A DNA stretch of 64,000 bases from Negativicutes bacterium (GTDB lineage Bacteria > Bacillota > Negativicutes > UBA1444): positions 288,001-352,000 of the forward strand of contig CAXXIN010000018.1 in assembly GCA_963665275.2 (NCBI GenBank), given 5' to 3'. The notes beneath the pieces are model-generated. The model made no database searches and was not told the origin of the DNA. It saw only the letters and a list, made by a program, of their open reading frames with translations. Every line of letters begins with the position of its first letter. The stretch's first letter is position 1. This document shows, in pieces, positions 9,314 through 19,939 of this stretch. The position numbers were made by a program, and so were the translations under genes.

Positions 9314-10630
9314 TTGAAGATTATTAGAATGACAAATTATCGACGGATTGTTTTGCTAATTGTTTTTATTATGTATACGATTGTTTTTGGGAATCGAATC
9401 AGTATCGGAGTGACCATCCCGGCTCTCATCGGTGAGTTCGGCATGACGAACACGGAAGCAGGCGCATTGTCGGGCTTTTTCTTTCTTGGCTATTTCATCA
9501 CGCAAGTACCGGCAGGATTTTGGATTGCGCGATTTGGCAGCCGCGGGCTCGTAGGGCTTTCGTTGTTCCTGATGACTCTATTCCTCTGGCTGTTCGGATC
9601 GATGACCACTTTGGTGTTGGCGAGCTGGTACAGACTGGGATTGGGGTTGACGCAGGGACCCATTTCGGTCGGCGGCAATTCGATCATTAGTCAATGGTTT
9701 CCGCCCCAAGAACAGTCCAGAGCTGTTTCGGTCATGGTAGCGGCAACGATGTTGGCTCCGATCGTGTTTCCACCCTTTGCATCCTGGTTTATCGTCGAGT
9801 GGGGCTGGCGCACACTATACCAGATGTTTGCTCTGTCTGGGATCGTGGTGGCTGCATGGTGGAGCCTGTACATTCGATCCTGTCCGGAAGAATGCTTGCG
9901 TTGCTCCAAAGAAGAATTACAACTCATTCGGTTTTCGGAAGTTTTGCCGCCAGTGGTTCAGCGGATGAAGTTGCCGCCGGTGTTATCTCGTATTATCTTT
10001 ATTGGCAAAGTAGTGCAGGTAGCCGATAACAAGACAAAACTCTTCAAACGTCCGGATTTATGGCTGGCGATGCTCTCGTACTTTTTCATTGTGTCAGTAT
10101 TTTATGGCATCATTACCTGGTTGCCTTCATATTTTGTGCAGGTGCGCGGCCTGGACATGATCCAAATGGGTTGGGTCGTATCTGTTCCGTGGGTGGGCGC
10201 CCTGGCAGGAACTCTCGTTGGCGGCTGGGTGGTAGACCACTGGTTGGGTGGAAACCCACTGCCAGTTATGCGGTGGGGGAGTCTCTTCACATCCATTAGT
10301 CTGTATGGCTTTGCTGAAGCACCCGCAGGGTTGGGATGGACACAGGGATCGTTGCTGGTGGTCGGATTTTTTTTGGGCCTGACGCCGTTAGGTTTTATGA
10401 CGTATCCAATCCGTTTAGCGTCTCGCAGAGTATATCCTCTTGGACTTGCGTTCATGAATTCCGGCGGCAATATCGGCGGATTTTTATCGTCGGTAGTTGC
10501 GGGGATGTTGTTGGATCGGTTCGGCAGTTACTCAGTAGTTTTTCATTATTTTATCGCCTGCGGCGTTGTCGCAACGGTTTTGTCCCTGTTTGTGCGGACG
10601 CCGGTCGAAACCGTTGCCGATAATGGCTGA
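9314..10630 (+). CDS. MFS transporter, ACS-family-like
   Basis: Multiple TM segments; GYFITQVPAG and WFPPQE motifs. Start may be ATG 9329. Confidence 0.85.
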   Translation: MKIIRMTNYRRIVLLIVFIMYTIVFGNRISIGVTIPALIGEFGMTNTEAGALSGFFFLGYFITQVPAGFWIARFGSRGLVGLSLFLMTLFLWLFGSMTTLVLASWYRLGLGLTQGPISVGGNSIISQWFPPQEQSRAVSVMVAATMLAPIVFPPFASWFIVEWGWRTLYQMFALSGIVVAAWWSLYIRSCPEECLRCSKEELQLIRFSEVLPPVVQRMKLPPVLSRIIFIGKVVQVADNKTKLFKRPDLWLAMLSYFFIVSVFYGIITWLPSYFVQVRGLDMIQMGWVVSVPWVGALAGTLVGGWVVDHWLGGNPLPVMRWGSLFTSISLYGFAEAPAGLGWTQGSLLVVGFFLGLTPLGFMTYPIRLASRRVYPLGLAFMNSGGNIGGFLSSVVAGMLLDRFGSYSVVFHYFIACGVVATVLSLFVRTPVETVADNG

Positions 10631-10655
10631 AAAAAGTTCGAAGTGGTTAAAAATA

Positions 10656-10710
10656 TAAGAAAAGAGCGGCGGGATACTTAGTGCTAAGTTTTCCCGCCGC
10701 TCTTTTCTTA
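10656..10710. terminator. Bidirectional terminator between the convergent MFS and MCP genes
   Basis: TAAGAAAAGAGCGGCGGGA...TCCCGCCGCTCTTTTCTTA long stem. Confidence 0.85.
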
Positions 10711-10725
10711 TTAATTGCAGATGGT

Positions 10726-12777
10726 TCAGATCCGGAATTTACTGATGGCTGTGTTCATTTCTTGGGCCAGCTGGGCCAGCGCTCGGCTAGAGGAAGCGAT
10801 TTCCTCCATGCCGGCCGATTGCTCCTCGGCAGCAGCCGAGATGTTACCGGCTTCACCGGCGGTTTTCTTGGCGGCGCTGTCAATTTCTTCTACAGAGTTG
10901 ACGATGCGCTGGCTACCGTTGGCGACTTGGTCGATTGCCTGTGAGGTTTGACGGATCTGTTCGGACACTTCCAATACTTTTTCAACGATCTTGTTGAAAG
11001 TTACGCCGGCGTTACTAACGACTTCGGTGCCGTGCCTTACGAGGCTTCCGGCTTCGTTGACGCCTTTGACCGCGTCGTCGGTATCCTTTTGTATTTCATT
11101 GATTAAGGTTGCGATCTGTTTCGCAGCTTCCGCCGATTGCTCAGCTAATTTGCGGACTTCTTCCGCGACCACAGCGAAGCCTCGTCCCTGTTCACCGGCC
11201 CGGGCGGCCTCGATTGCCGCGTTCAGCGCCAATAAGTTGGTTTGTCCGGCGATGCCGGAAATCGTGGAGACAAATAACCCAATTTCCTTGGAGCGTTCGC
11301 CCAGTTTTCCGACGAGCTCACCGGTGCGGTTGGAAGCGGCTTCGATATTGCGGATTTCTGTGACGGCGTTGCTGACGTCTTTACCGCCGGATTGCGCCAG
11401 GGAAGCTGTTGCATCAGAGGAGATCACGATGCTTTGCACGGTAGCGGACACTTCCTCGATGCTGGCCGAAATTTCCGATACCACTGCGGCAGCGTCCCCA
11501 ACTGAACGCAACTGCTTCTGGACCTGATCTGTTACTTCCACTGATGATTCAGCGACGTGTGTGGCGGCATTAGCCGATTCATCGGCACTTGCAGTTAGTT
11601 CTTCACTGGCGGCGGCAACTTGCTGAGCTTGAGATTGAATCTGCCGCACCAAGTCACGCAAGTTGTTGTTCATCAGGATGACGTTATCAGAGAGCTGGCC
11701 AAATTCGCTTTTGTCATTTATTGTTTTCGCAATTTCTTTCAGATTTCCCTGTGAAATATCCTGTACGACGGCAGCTACGCGTACTATGGGGCGAACGAAT
11801 GCTCCGCTGACCCACAGAGTCGCGCCCAGCGCAATCAAAAGACTGATCACGGACAAGATGAGGATGATACGGGTTAATGCTGAGGTTTCACTGGTTGCAT
11901 CCTCCAATGTGGTGGACAGGACCAGTACCCAGCGCTGGCCGCCAGGAAGGTCGATCGGGGAGAGTGAGCCTGCCTGCTGAATACCGGCAGTGGACTTATA
12001 GAATACGCGGGTACGCACATCTTTTTCGGCGGCTTCTTTGAATTTGGCGATGAGCTGGGGATCCAACTTGACTGACGTTCCCAGCTTTTGCTGAAGCGCT
12101 GCTGACATCTCGCCTGTTCTCATGTTCGCGTTTCCTACCTGTTCGGGGCGGGTTGGATGGGCCAGATAGGTCCCGCTGTCATCCACAATGAACCCATAGC
12201 CTTTTTCACGGTATTTAATGGATTTGACGATGGTTGTCATATTATCGAGTGTGTATACGCCGCCTAAAACTCCGACGAACTGCCCGTTGCGCATTACCGG
12301 AACCGCCATTACCAGTGCGGATTTGTTACTGATGCGTGACGTCAAAACATCTGAAACATAGGGCTTCTTGGTATCCATGACTTTTTTAAAATAATCACGG
12401 TCGGCAAGGCTCACGGCTGTACCGGTTTCACTCAGCGACATTCCGTCCGGCGAGACAAACACGATACTTTCAAATTTGCCGATGCGTTTATGCGCTTCAG
12501 AGAGCGCCGGCTGGATCTGCACCTTGTCGCCGGTTTGCATACGGGCTATGCTCGCAAGATCCTCCAACTGCAAAGAGAGCATTTCAATATCGGTTTTTAT
12601 CCGCAACGAAACGTTGGTTGCTACTGCTTCTTCTGTGGCATCGATACTTGCTGATAAATATTGACTGGCATAGTAATAGCTGGTTCCTGCTACGATGACA
12701 AGTGCGCTGGCTATTAAGGAGGCAATGATCATCATAAGACGAAATCGGATGCTGTGGTACCATTTCATATCGGTCAC
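10726..12777 (-). CDS. Methyl-accepting chemotaxis protein (Cache, HAMP and MA domains)
   Basis: [38 protein letters not shown] signalling hairpin; two TMs flanking a Cache domain (DRDYF). Confidence 0.95.
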   Translation of the reverse strand: MTDMKWYHSIRFRLMMIIASLIASALVIVAGTSYYYASQYLSASIDATEEAVATNVSLRIKTDIEMLSLQLEDLASIARMQTGDKVQIQPALSEAHKRIGKFESIVFVSPDGMSLSETGTAVSLADRDYFKKVMDTKKPYVSDVLTSRISNKSALVMAVPVMRNGQFVGVLGGVYTLDNMTTIVKSIKYREKGYGFIVDDSGTYLAHPTRPEQVGNANMRTGEMSAALQQKLGTSVKLDPQLIAKFKEAAEKDVRTRVFYKSTAGIQQAGSLSPIDLPGGQRWVLVLSTTLEDATSETSALTRIILILSVISLLIALGATLWVSGAFVRPIVRVAAVVQDISQGNLKEIAKTINDKSEFGQLSDNVILMNNNLRDLVRQIQSQAQQVAAASEELTASADESANAATHVAESSVEVTDQVQKQLRSVGDAAAVVSEISASIEEVSATVQSIVISSDATASLAQSGGKDVSNAVTEIRNIEAASNRTGELVGKLGERSKEIGLFVSTISGIAGQTNLLALNAAIEAARAGEQGRGFAVVAEEVRKLAEQSAEAAKQIATLINEIQKDTDDAVKGVNEAGSLVRHGTEVVSNAGVTFNKIVEKVLEVSEQIRQTSQAIDQVANGSQRIVNSVEEIDSAAKKTAGEAGNISAAAEEQSAGMEEIASSSRALAQLAQEMNTAISKFRI

Positions 12778-12783
12778 TCCTTC

Positions 12784-13398
12784 TTAATCTATTGGTTTGT
12801 TTTTGCAGGCCCAACTCTGGTGAAAGTGTTCAACGATCTGTGCCTTTTTATCGGTGATGTTCCAGGAGAAATCATCAAGGGACCATTCGTGTATCAGGAG
12901 GTAAAACACTCCCATGAAACTCATCGATGCAGCTTCGATGTCTAAATCTGAATGGAAGTGGTCGCCATGGATTCCTTCTTCGATAATTTGTCTCACGCAA
13001 CCGCGACCTTCGCTTGCCAAGGTGCGTGCAATTTGTTTTAGAGAATCGGAAGGCGCTGCCAGGTGAATCTGTTCGGAAAATAGGATGCGGGATATTCCAC
13101 GCGTTTGTTGAATAAATTCAAGATGGAAGGCAATAAGTTTCTCGATTTTTTCGAAAGGAGAGATGGATTCGGCGACGATGGAGGATGTGGATTTCTGAAA
13201 GCCAACACAGGTTCGTTGCAGAAGTTCTGACAGTATGGCATGTTTGTTAGAAAAATGCCGATAGATGATCGTTTCCGCGGTTCCGCTCGCTCGGGCAATT
13301 TTGGCGGTTGTCAGTTCATTGAGTCCGTAATTTTGCACGAGATCGAACGTGGCATTTAGAATATCTTCCCGCTTGTTACCGGACGGAACCATCGTCAA
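12784..13398 (-). CDS. TetR/AcrR family transcriptional regulator
   Basis: N-terminal HTH ...TTAKIARASGTAETIIYRHFSNK. Confidence 0.9.
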   Translation of the reverse strand: MTMVPSGNKREDILNATFDLVQNYGLNELTTAKIARASGTAETIIYRHFSNKHAILSELLQRTCVGFQKSTSSIVAESISPFEKIEKLIAFHLEFIQQTRGISRILFSEQIHLAAPSDSLKQIARTLASEGRGCVRQIIEEGIHGDHFHSDLDIEAASMSFMGVFYLLIHEWSLDDFSWNITDKKAQIVEHFHQSWACKNKPID

Positions 13399-13414
13399 AA
13401 TCCCCCTAACATAG

Positions 13415-13436
13415 TAAGTAAGTAATCACTTACTTA
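13415..13436. promoter_or_regulatory. Probable TetR operator palindrome
   Basis: TAAGTAAGT-aatc-ACTTACTTA, a perfect 9-bp inverted repeat just upstream of the TetR RBS. Confidence 0.7.
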
Positions 13437-13606
13437 TCATGTTATCGTATAACTAGAAGACTTTCAATATAGCATGCAAAAAATATTATTTAATTATTTT
13501 GCGGGAGAGGATATGAGATTTTCGCAGGAGGTTTCAGTCCCTTTGGGGAATTAAACAAATGGCCATAAAATAATTCAATGAAATGGCAGTTCGGAGATGT
13601 GTCAAA

Positions 13607-14305
13607 ATGGCATTGATCAAAAAGAAAAAACTGTATGAAGAAGTTATTCTGGGAATTGAAGAGATGCTCAGGTCCAATAATATGCAAGCCGGTGACAGAC
13701 TTCAGTCCGAGAAGGAATTATCGCTATATTTCGGTGTGAGTAAAACGGCAGTCAGGGAAGCATTGAGCGCGTTGCAAACAGCTGGCTTAATCGAAGTGAA
13801 ACATGGGTCAGGAATCTTTGTCAAAAATGTGAATGAGAAACTGGCCAATCCCCTGACGATGAAGCTATTGACAGATCGTGACAATCTGTTCGGGATATTG
13901 GAACTGCGCAAAGGCCTGGAGGCAGAAGGCTTATTTTTGGCTGCCCAACGCGTTGACGCATCCGATATTGCGACGATCAAAACCTGTTTGTTGGCAATGG
14001 CGGAAGCGGTGGAGCGCGGCGAAAATGCTGCGCAGGAAGATCTGAACTTTCATTGCGCCCTAATCAAGGCGACGCATAATCAGGCCTACAGTAATATTTT
14101 TGATACGATTGCCAGTGTATTTCTTGAAGGGATGTCTGCCTGTCACGACTATTTTTTGCTGCATCCGGGCCCCTGTTTGATTGTATTGGAGGAACACCGC
14201 CTGATCTATGAAGCAGTAAAAAAGAGACAACCAGAGAGGGCTCGAGATCTGATGCGAGCACATTTGGAGAATATTGAATTGACTTTGCGCGAGTTGCTTG
14301 TATGA
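13607..14305 (+). CDS. FadR/GntR family transcriptional regulator
   Basis: GDRLQSEKELS...GVSKTAVREAL wHTH; FCD domain (DLNFH, EH..IY). Confidence 0.92.
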   Translation: MALIKKKKLYEEVILGIEEMLRSNNMQAGDRLQSEKELSLYFGVSKTAVREALSALQTAGLIEVKHGSGIFVKNVNEKLANPLTMKLLTDRDNLFGILELRKGLEAEGLFLAAQRVDASDIATIKTCLLAMAEAVERGENAAQEDLNFHCALIKATHNQAYSNIFDTIASVFLEGMSACHDYFLLHPGPCLIVLEEHRLIYEAVKKRQPERARDLMRAHLENIELTLRELLV

Positions 14306-16383
14306 ATAAACCTATATTCCAGAATGAGACGCCGTTGCCTGAGAATATGGTGGTGCGTCCCCGTCGGGCCGCCGCACACATCGCTATAGGCTATGCTGCT
14401 GCAGGTTTGCTCTGGATATTGACTTCCGACAGTTTTATGCCATACCTTACAAAGGATATAGAAACCATGGTTATTCTGAATAGCGCTAAAGGAGCACTGT
14501 TCATTTTTGTGACTGCGGTGAGTCTATTCATTTTGGTTTATTCACAGCTGCTTCAAATCGGCAAAGCCCAGAACCAGTATGTTGAGAGTGTACGGGAACT
14601 GGAGAATGCCCATGAAGCGCTCATCGCTTCAGAAGAGGAATTGCGTCAGCAGTTCGATGAGCTGTCTCTCAAAACAAACTTGATCGATGAAAAAGATCAA
14701 GAAATGTGGTCTTTATTTGAAAATATGCGTGATGTTTTTGGGGCTCATGAAATCATTCTTGATGCACAGGGAAAGGCGGTGGATTATCGTTATCTGGTCG
14801 TCAACCCTGCTTATGAAAAATTGCTCCAACGGACAAACAGTGAGCTGCTCGGCCATTGTGTAACGGAGATTGTTCCGGAAATTGATCCGGAGTTTATCAC
14901 AGCATGCGGGGACGTTGCTCTCACCGGCAATTCAAAGAAAATGAATATTTTTTCGAAGATGTTTCAAAAACATCTTTTAGTATCTCTTTACAGTCCCAGA
15001 CCTGGACGATTTGCGATCCTGGCCACAGATATCACAGAAGAAAAAATGCATGAGAAGACAGTACAACGGCTAGCCTACTACGACAAACTTACAGGACTTC
15101 CCAACCGGGAAAAGCTGGCGGAAGTTTTGAACCATGAACTGGAAGGCAAGACTGGGAAAGAAAATGCAGGCGCACTGTTCTATATTGATATGGATGATCT
15201 GAAACTTGTTAATGATTCTTATGGGCATAGCTATGGCGACGCTATGATCATTACGGCGGCCATGAACCTGGCGAGCCTGACAGAGTACGGATCTACCGTG
15301 GCCCGAGTCGGTGGCGACGAATTCATCGTTTTGATTCCGGGCCTGTCCGATCCTCAGGAGCTTGAAGAGCTGGCGCAGACTTTTCTTGAAACGTTGAGCT
15401 GTGAGTATGAAGTGAAAGAGTTGTGGTTTCATGCGTCGGCCAGCATCGGGATTGTACTGTATCCTCAGGATGGGCAAACCGTTGAAGAATTGCTTCGCAA
15501 TGCCGATGCTGCGCTCTATGAAGCCAAGCGCAGCGGCAAACGATGCTGGCGTTTTTTCCGACCGGCAATGCAAGAAGCGGCCTTTGGCAATATGCTGCTG
15601 CTCAACGGGTTGCGCAATGCGCTTGCGAATCATGAGCTTGAAGTTTACTATCAACCGCAAATTTCTCTGACCGATGGCCGTGTGGTTGGATTTGAGGCTC
15701 TTCTGAGGTGGCGGAGCCCCTTGCATGGAAATGTTTCTCCGGCGCAGTTCATTCCTTTGGCTGAAAAGAGCCATCTTATTGATTCGATCGGCGCCTGGGT
15801 AATACGCGAGGCTTGTGAATTTTCCCGCAGACTGGTCCGGCAAGGATATCCGGGAATCCGAGTCGCTGTCAATGTCTCTCCCCGTCAGTTAATTGCCCCA
15901 AATTTCATCCGTATTATTCGGGATTCCTTCAATGAGGTGGAGTTGGAAGCAACCCGCCTGGAAATCGAAATCACGGAAAACGTCTTCATCGAATCGATGG
16001 ATGATAGTGTCCGGACATTGAATGAATTGCAAGCCATGGGCGTCCATTTGTCATTGGACGATTTTGGCGCCGGCTATTCGTCGTTGACCTATTTGCGAAG
16101 ATTGCCAGTTCAGACGCTGAAAATTGATAAATCGTTCATTGATTCGATTTTGACGGATCAAGTTCACTCCAATTTAATTGAGTCTATTATTGATATGGCT
16201 CACATTCTGGGACTTTCAGTCGTGGCCGAGGGCGTTGAAACCTCAGCACAGCTTGATCGGTTGGCTCAGTGCGGATGCGATACGATCCAGGGCTACTTGG
16301 TGAGCCGGGCGGTCCCTGAACAGACCGCGCTTGAGTTTCTAACAGATACCGCCTGGGCCGCCAGAATTCAAAAAATGCAATAA
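14302..16383 (+). CDS. Membrane-anchored PAS-GGDEF-EAL c-di-GMP enzyme
   Basis: Two N-terminal TMs, PAS, intact RVGGDEF, GFEALLRW and DDFGAGYSS motifs; ATGA overlap with GntR. Confidence 0.93.
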   Translation: MNKPIFQNETPLPENMVVRPRRAAAHIAIGYAAAGLLWILTSDSFMPYLTKDIETMVILNSAKGALFIFVTAVSLFILVYSQLLQIGKAQNQYVESVRELENAHEALIASEEELRQQFDELSLKTNLIDEKDQEMWSLFENMRDVFGAHEIILDAQGKAVDYRYLVVNPAYEKLLQRTNSELLGHCVTEIVPEIDPEFITACGDVALTGNSKKMNIFSKMFQKHLLVSLYSPRPGRFAILATDITEEKMHEKTVQRLAYYDKLTGLPNREKLAEVLNHELEGKTGKENAGALFYIDMDDLKLVNDSYGHSYGDAMIITAAMNLASLTEYGSTVARVGGDEFIVLIPGLSDPQELEELAQTFLETLSCEYEVKELWFHASASIGIVLYPQDGQTVEELLRNADAALYEAKRSGKRCWRFFRPAMQEAAFGNMLLLNGLRNALANHELEVYYQPQISLTDGRVVGFEALLRWRSPLHGNVSPAQFIPLAEKSHLIDSIGAWVIREACEFSRRLVRQGYPGIRVAVNVSPRQLIAPNFIRIIRDSFNEVELEATRLEIEITENVFIESMDDSVRTLNELQAMGVHLSLDDFGAGYSSLTYLRRLPVQTLKIDKSFIDSILTDQVHSNLIESIIDMAHILGLSVVAEGVETSAQLDRLAQCGCDTIQGYLVSRAVPEQTALEFLTDTAWAARIQKMQ

Positions 16384-16411
16384 CCGGTAGGAAGTGTAGG
16401 TAAGGTATAAA

Positions 16412-17116
16412 ATGGATACGCATAGGCAAAAAGTCCATACAGTTTTTACGCGCATTGCCAGTCGATATGACTCAATGAATACGATTTTGAGCTTGAATCT
16501 TGATAAATCCTGGCGTCGACGGACGTTACAGGCTGCAGCGCCCCAACCGGGCGAACAATGGCTGGATGTGTGTTGCGGAACCGGCAAACTAACGCTGGAA
16601 ATACGGCGGATTCTGGGCGACACAGGAGAGGTAACCGGACTGGATTTTAATTCGTCCATGCTGGAGGTCGCCAAACGAGCCGAGACGCAGGTGAAACTTG
16701 TCAGAGCGGTTCGGTGGATGGAAGCAGATGCCATGGAATTGCCATTTGAAGATAAATCTTTTGATGGGATTACGATCGGATTTGGCTTGCGCAACCTGCC
16801 CGATATCGACAAAGGAATCGTTGAGATGGCCCGCGTGTTACGACCCGGTGGCAGGTGGGTCTGCCTTGAATTGTCGCATCCTGTCTGGCCGATTTTCCGA
16901 CAGGGTCATGGGTTCTTCGTGCGTTATGTTGTTCCGCGGGTCGGCAATTTGGGACTCGGAGACCAGACGGATTATCAATGGTTGCCGGAATCTTTGCGAA
17001 AATTTCCGGGAGCGGAAGAGTTAGCGGACCGGATTCGCCAGGCCAAGTTGACCGATGTGAGGTATGAACGTCTCAGCGGAGGGATCGCTGCGGTACATGT
17101 CGGCTATAAGAGATGA
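16412..17116 (+). CDS. menG: Demethylmenaquinone methyltransferase (UbiE/MenG)
   Basis: FTRIASRYDSMN, LDVCCGTG, FGLRN, EMARVLRPGG, YQWLPES. Confidence 0.85.
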   Translation: MDTHRQKVHTVFTRIASRYDSMNTILSLNLDKSWRRRTLQAAAPQPGEQWLDVCCGTGKLTLEIRRILGDTGEVTGLDFNSSMLEVAKRAETQVKLVRAVRWMEADAMELPFEDKSFDGITIGFGLRNLPDIDKGIVEMARVLRPGGRWVCLELSHPVWPIFRQGHGFFVRYVVPRVGNLGLGDQTDYQWLPESLRKFPGAEELADRIRQAKLTDVRYERLSGGIAAVHVGYKR

Positions 17117-17195
17117 ACTTTCAGCAGGATTTTTGGGGTTGGACGGAAAATAACTATATTCAGAGGATCAAACAAATTGAAGGGAGTCAAGGCTA

Positions 17196-17495
17196 ATGGC
17201 TATTGTGGAAGTAACAATCGCGCCACTGGGGACTTCGTCCACTAGTCTGAGCCGGTACGTTGCCGGTTGCCATAAGATTTTGATGGCGGCATCTGATCTG
17301 AAATACGAACTGAATGCGATGGGAACAGTGATCGAAGGCGACCTGAGCCGGATTTTGGAAGTGGTGCGCCAGATGCATGAAGTTCCTTTTGACGCAGGCG
17401 CCCAAAGAGTCTCAACGTTGATTCGGATTGATGATCGACGGGACAAAGCGTCTACGATGAGCGCGAAAATTCAGGCGGTGAAAGATAAACTTTGA
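17196..17495 (+). CDS. MTH1187 family thiamine-binding protein
   Basis: MAIVEVTIAPLG..S.S.YVA, MGTVIEG, IRIDDRRDK. Confidence 0.9.
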   Translation: MAIVEVTIAPLGTSSTSLSRYVAGCHKILMAASDLKYELNAMGTVIEGDLSRILEVVRQMHEVPFDAGAQRVSTLIRIDDRRDKASTMSAKIQAVKDKL

Positions 17496-18853
17496 ATCGG
17501 GAATTGGCGGAAAAAATTCTCAGGGCGGTCGGTGGCCGCCCTAATGTTTTACAGTGTTCTTCCTGCATGACAAGGCTTCGGCTGACGCTGCATGACAGTG
17601 CTCTGGTGGATATGGCTGGGCTCAAGGCAATGGCGGCAGTGCTGGGGGTTCTGGAATCAGGAGGACAGCTGCAGGTAGTACTGGGGCCAGGTCGAGTCAA
17701 GTTGGTAGCAATCGAAGTAGAAAAACTGCTGGAATCCCAGGCAAAGTTGGAGGTCGGGAAGGCAGCGAAGTTAAAAGCGGCTGTTTCGGCCCGGAATCGC
17801 ACTCCCGTGAAGCAATTTCTCGGGCGCCTATCCGCTATTTTTGTGCCGTTGATTCCGGCGATTGTTGCGTCCGGGATGGTGGCGGGACTGACGAACGTTG
17901 CCATAAGACTGGGCGCCGATCCCCAACAAGGCATAGTGCAGGTATTGAATGTTGTTGGCTGGGGGATTTTTGGTTTTCTTACTATTTTTGTCGGCTTTCA
18001 AACGGCGAAAGAATTTGGCGGGACGCCGGCTTTGGGCGGCTTAGCCGGAGTCTTGCTGATCAATCCCGCGATTGCTGCCATCCAGATCAACGGCGAAGCT
18101 TTAATACCGGGTAGAGGCGGTGTTTTTGGCGTTTTGATGGTTGCGGGCTTAATGGCATGGATGGAGCAGCGTATTCGGCGATATGTGCCGCAATCGGTTG
18201 ATGTGATCGTGACACCAACGATTACGCTGCTCGCTGGCGGCATTGCGACTTACTATGTATTGCAACCGGTTAGCGGGTTCCTTTCGGATGGTGTGGTTCA
18301 TCTTTTTCGGACAGCACTGTCATCAGGAGGTTTTTTCGCTGGCGCCTTATTGGCAGGAACTTTTTTGCCACTGGTGATGACCGGACTGCATCAAGGCTTG
18401 ACTCCGATTCACATGGAGTTTTTGAATACGCTGCATGTCAATCCGCTGTTGCCGATTTTGGCAATGGCGGGAGCTGGGCAAGTCGGCGCTTCTCTGGCAG
18501 TGTTATGGAAGACAAAGAACCGGAAATTGCGCCAGCTAGTTAAAGGGGCGCTGCCAGTTGGATTTCTGGGCATTGGGGAACCGTTGATTTTCGGGGTGAC
18601 ATTGCCGCTGGGGCGTCCGTTTGTAACCGCCTGCCTGGGGGCCTCTGCCGGCGGAGCATACCTTGCCTATATGCAGGTGCAGTCAATTGCGATGGGAATA
18701 TCAGGCTTGCCGCTGGCATTTCTGATTCGCGGTGATCAGATCGGTCACTATCTGGTCGGGTTGTGTATTGCCTATGCGGCAGGTTTCCTCATTACCTTGG
18801 GCGTTGGATTCGAAGATCCTCCTGAAGAAATCGACGGAGGTAAGTCGCAATAA
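17492..18853 (+). CDS. murP: PTS EIIBC, N-acetylmuramic acid (MurP-like)
   Basis: EIIB CMTRLR phosphorylation site; EIIC GLHQGL, GAGQVGA, GIGEPLIFG; adjacent to mupG and murQ. Confidence 0.85.
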   Translation: MNRELAEKILRAVGGRPNVLQCSSCMTRLRLTLHDSALVDMAGLKAMAAVLGVLESGGQLQVVLGPGRVKLVAIEVEKLLESQAKLEVGKAAKLKAAVSARNRTPVKQFLGRLSAIFVPLIPAIVASGMVAGLTNVAIRLGADPQQGIVQVLNVVGWGIFGFLTIFVGFQTAKEFGGTPALGGLAGVLLINPAIAAIQINGEALIPGRGGVFGVLMVAGLMAWMEQRIRRYVPQSVDVIVTPTITLLAGGIATYYVLQPVSGFLSDGVVHLFRTALSSGGFFAGALLAGTFLPLVMTGLHQGLTPIHMEFLNTLHVNPLLPILAMAGAGQVGASLAVLWKTKNRKLRQLVKGALPVGFLGIGEPLIFGVTLPLGRPFVTACLGASAGGAYLAYMQVQSIAMGISGLPLAFLIRGDQIGHYLVGLCIAYAAGFLITLGVGFEDPPEEIDGGKSQ

Positions 18854-19939
18854 ATGAATGCATTTGGAATTTCGGCTTTTGTTGCCATGGAGCAGTCTGC
18901 AACTCAAAATATCGAGTATCTGAAACTGGCCCGGAGTTTCGGTTATCAGAAATTGTTTACCTCGTTGCATATTCCTGAGGCCGATTACCAAGTATTCGCT
19001 CCTGAATGTAGAAAACTGCTGGATGCTGCGGGAGAACTGGGTTACGAGGTGACGGCGGATATTTCGCCAAGTTTTTGGACTAAGTTGGGGGTTCTGCCGC
19101 GCGATTTGCGTTCAATCGGCCTTACCACGCTGCGCATTGATTACGGCTTTGATTATCTGAAGATTCGGGAGTTAGCAGAGGTCAGTCGTTGTAGAATCGA
19201 ATTAAATGCGAGTGTTATTACGGAGACCGAACTGGATATAGTGCTTTCCTCAGGGTTGGACCGGCGGTTTCTGAGCGCTGGACATAATTACTACCCCAGG
19301 CCGGAAACCGGACTGGGTTTCGAGATTTTTATGCGTCGATCGGAAGCCTTCAAGACACAAGGTATCCCGGTGTCGGCATTTATTCCCTGTTTGCAGAATC
19401 CCCGCGGTCCGTTCTTTGCCGGGTTGCCAACGGTGGAATCACATCGGGATATGACGACTGCGGAAGCCGTGCGGCAATTGTGGGCATCCGGCGGAGTCGA
19501 CAGCATTTTTTTCGGTGATCCAGCAGTGCCGGCGCTGGTGCTGGAGTCTGCTGTCAGCCAATTCAGCGACTATTCGGGTCCAGTGGTGCTGCGGATAAGA
19601 ACAGAACTTTTGCAATCTGCCTGTAAGTCCATTTTGTGGGCGCCGCTTCATACCAATCGCTTGGATGCGGCTGCGTCAGTGGTCCGGTCGCAGGAATCCA
19701 GAGGACTTTGCCTGTCACCGATTCTGCCGCAGCAGATTGTCCGCGCGAGGCGACGCGGTGACGTGACGATCGACAATGTGAGTTACGGCAGGTATATGGG
19801 TGAGTTGCAGGTGGTCCTGCGGGACTTGCCAGCTGATGACCGGGTGAATGTTGTCGGGAGGGTCCTTGATGAGGATTTGTGTCTGCTTGAATGTTTAACG
19901 CCGGGGCGCTCGTTTTGCTTGAAGGAGGCGAATATCTGA
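18854..19939 (+). CDS. mupG: MupG family 6-phospho-N-acetylmuramidase (DUF871)
   Basis: FTSLHIPE, RIDYG, HNYYPRPETGL, GLPTVE.HR, YGRYMGELQ. Confidence 0.88.
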   Translation: MNAFGISAFVAMEQSATQNIEYLKLARSFGYQKLFTSLHIPEADYQVFAPECRKLLDAAGELGYEVTADISPSFWTKLGVLPRDLRSIGLTTLRIDYGFDYLKIRELAEVSRCRIELNASVITETELDIVLSSGLDRRFLSAGHNYYPRPETGLGFEIFMRRSEAFKTQGIPVSAFIPCLQNPRGPFFAGLPTVESHRDMTTAEAVRQLWASGGVDSIFFGDPAVPALVLESAVSQFSDYSGPVVLRIRTELLQSACKSILWAPLHTNRLDAAASVVRSQESRGLCLSPILPQQIVRARRRGDVTIDNVSYGRYMGELQVVLRDLPADDRVNVVGRVLDEDLCLLECLTPGRSFCLKEANI

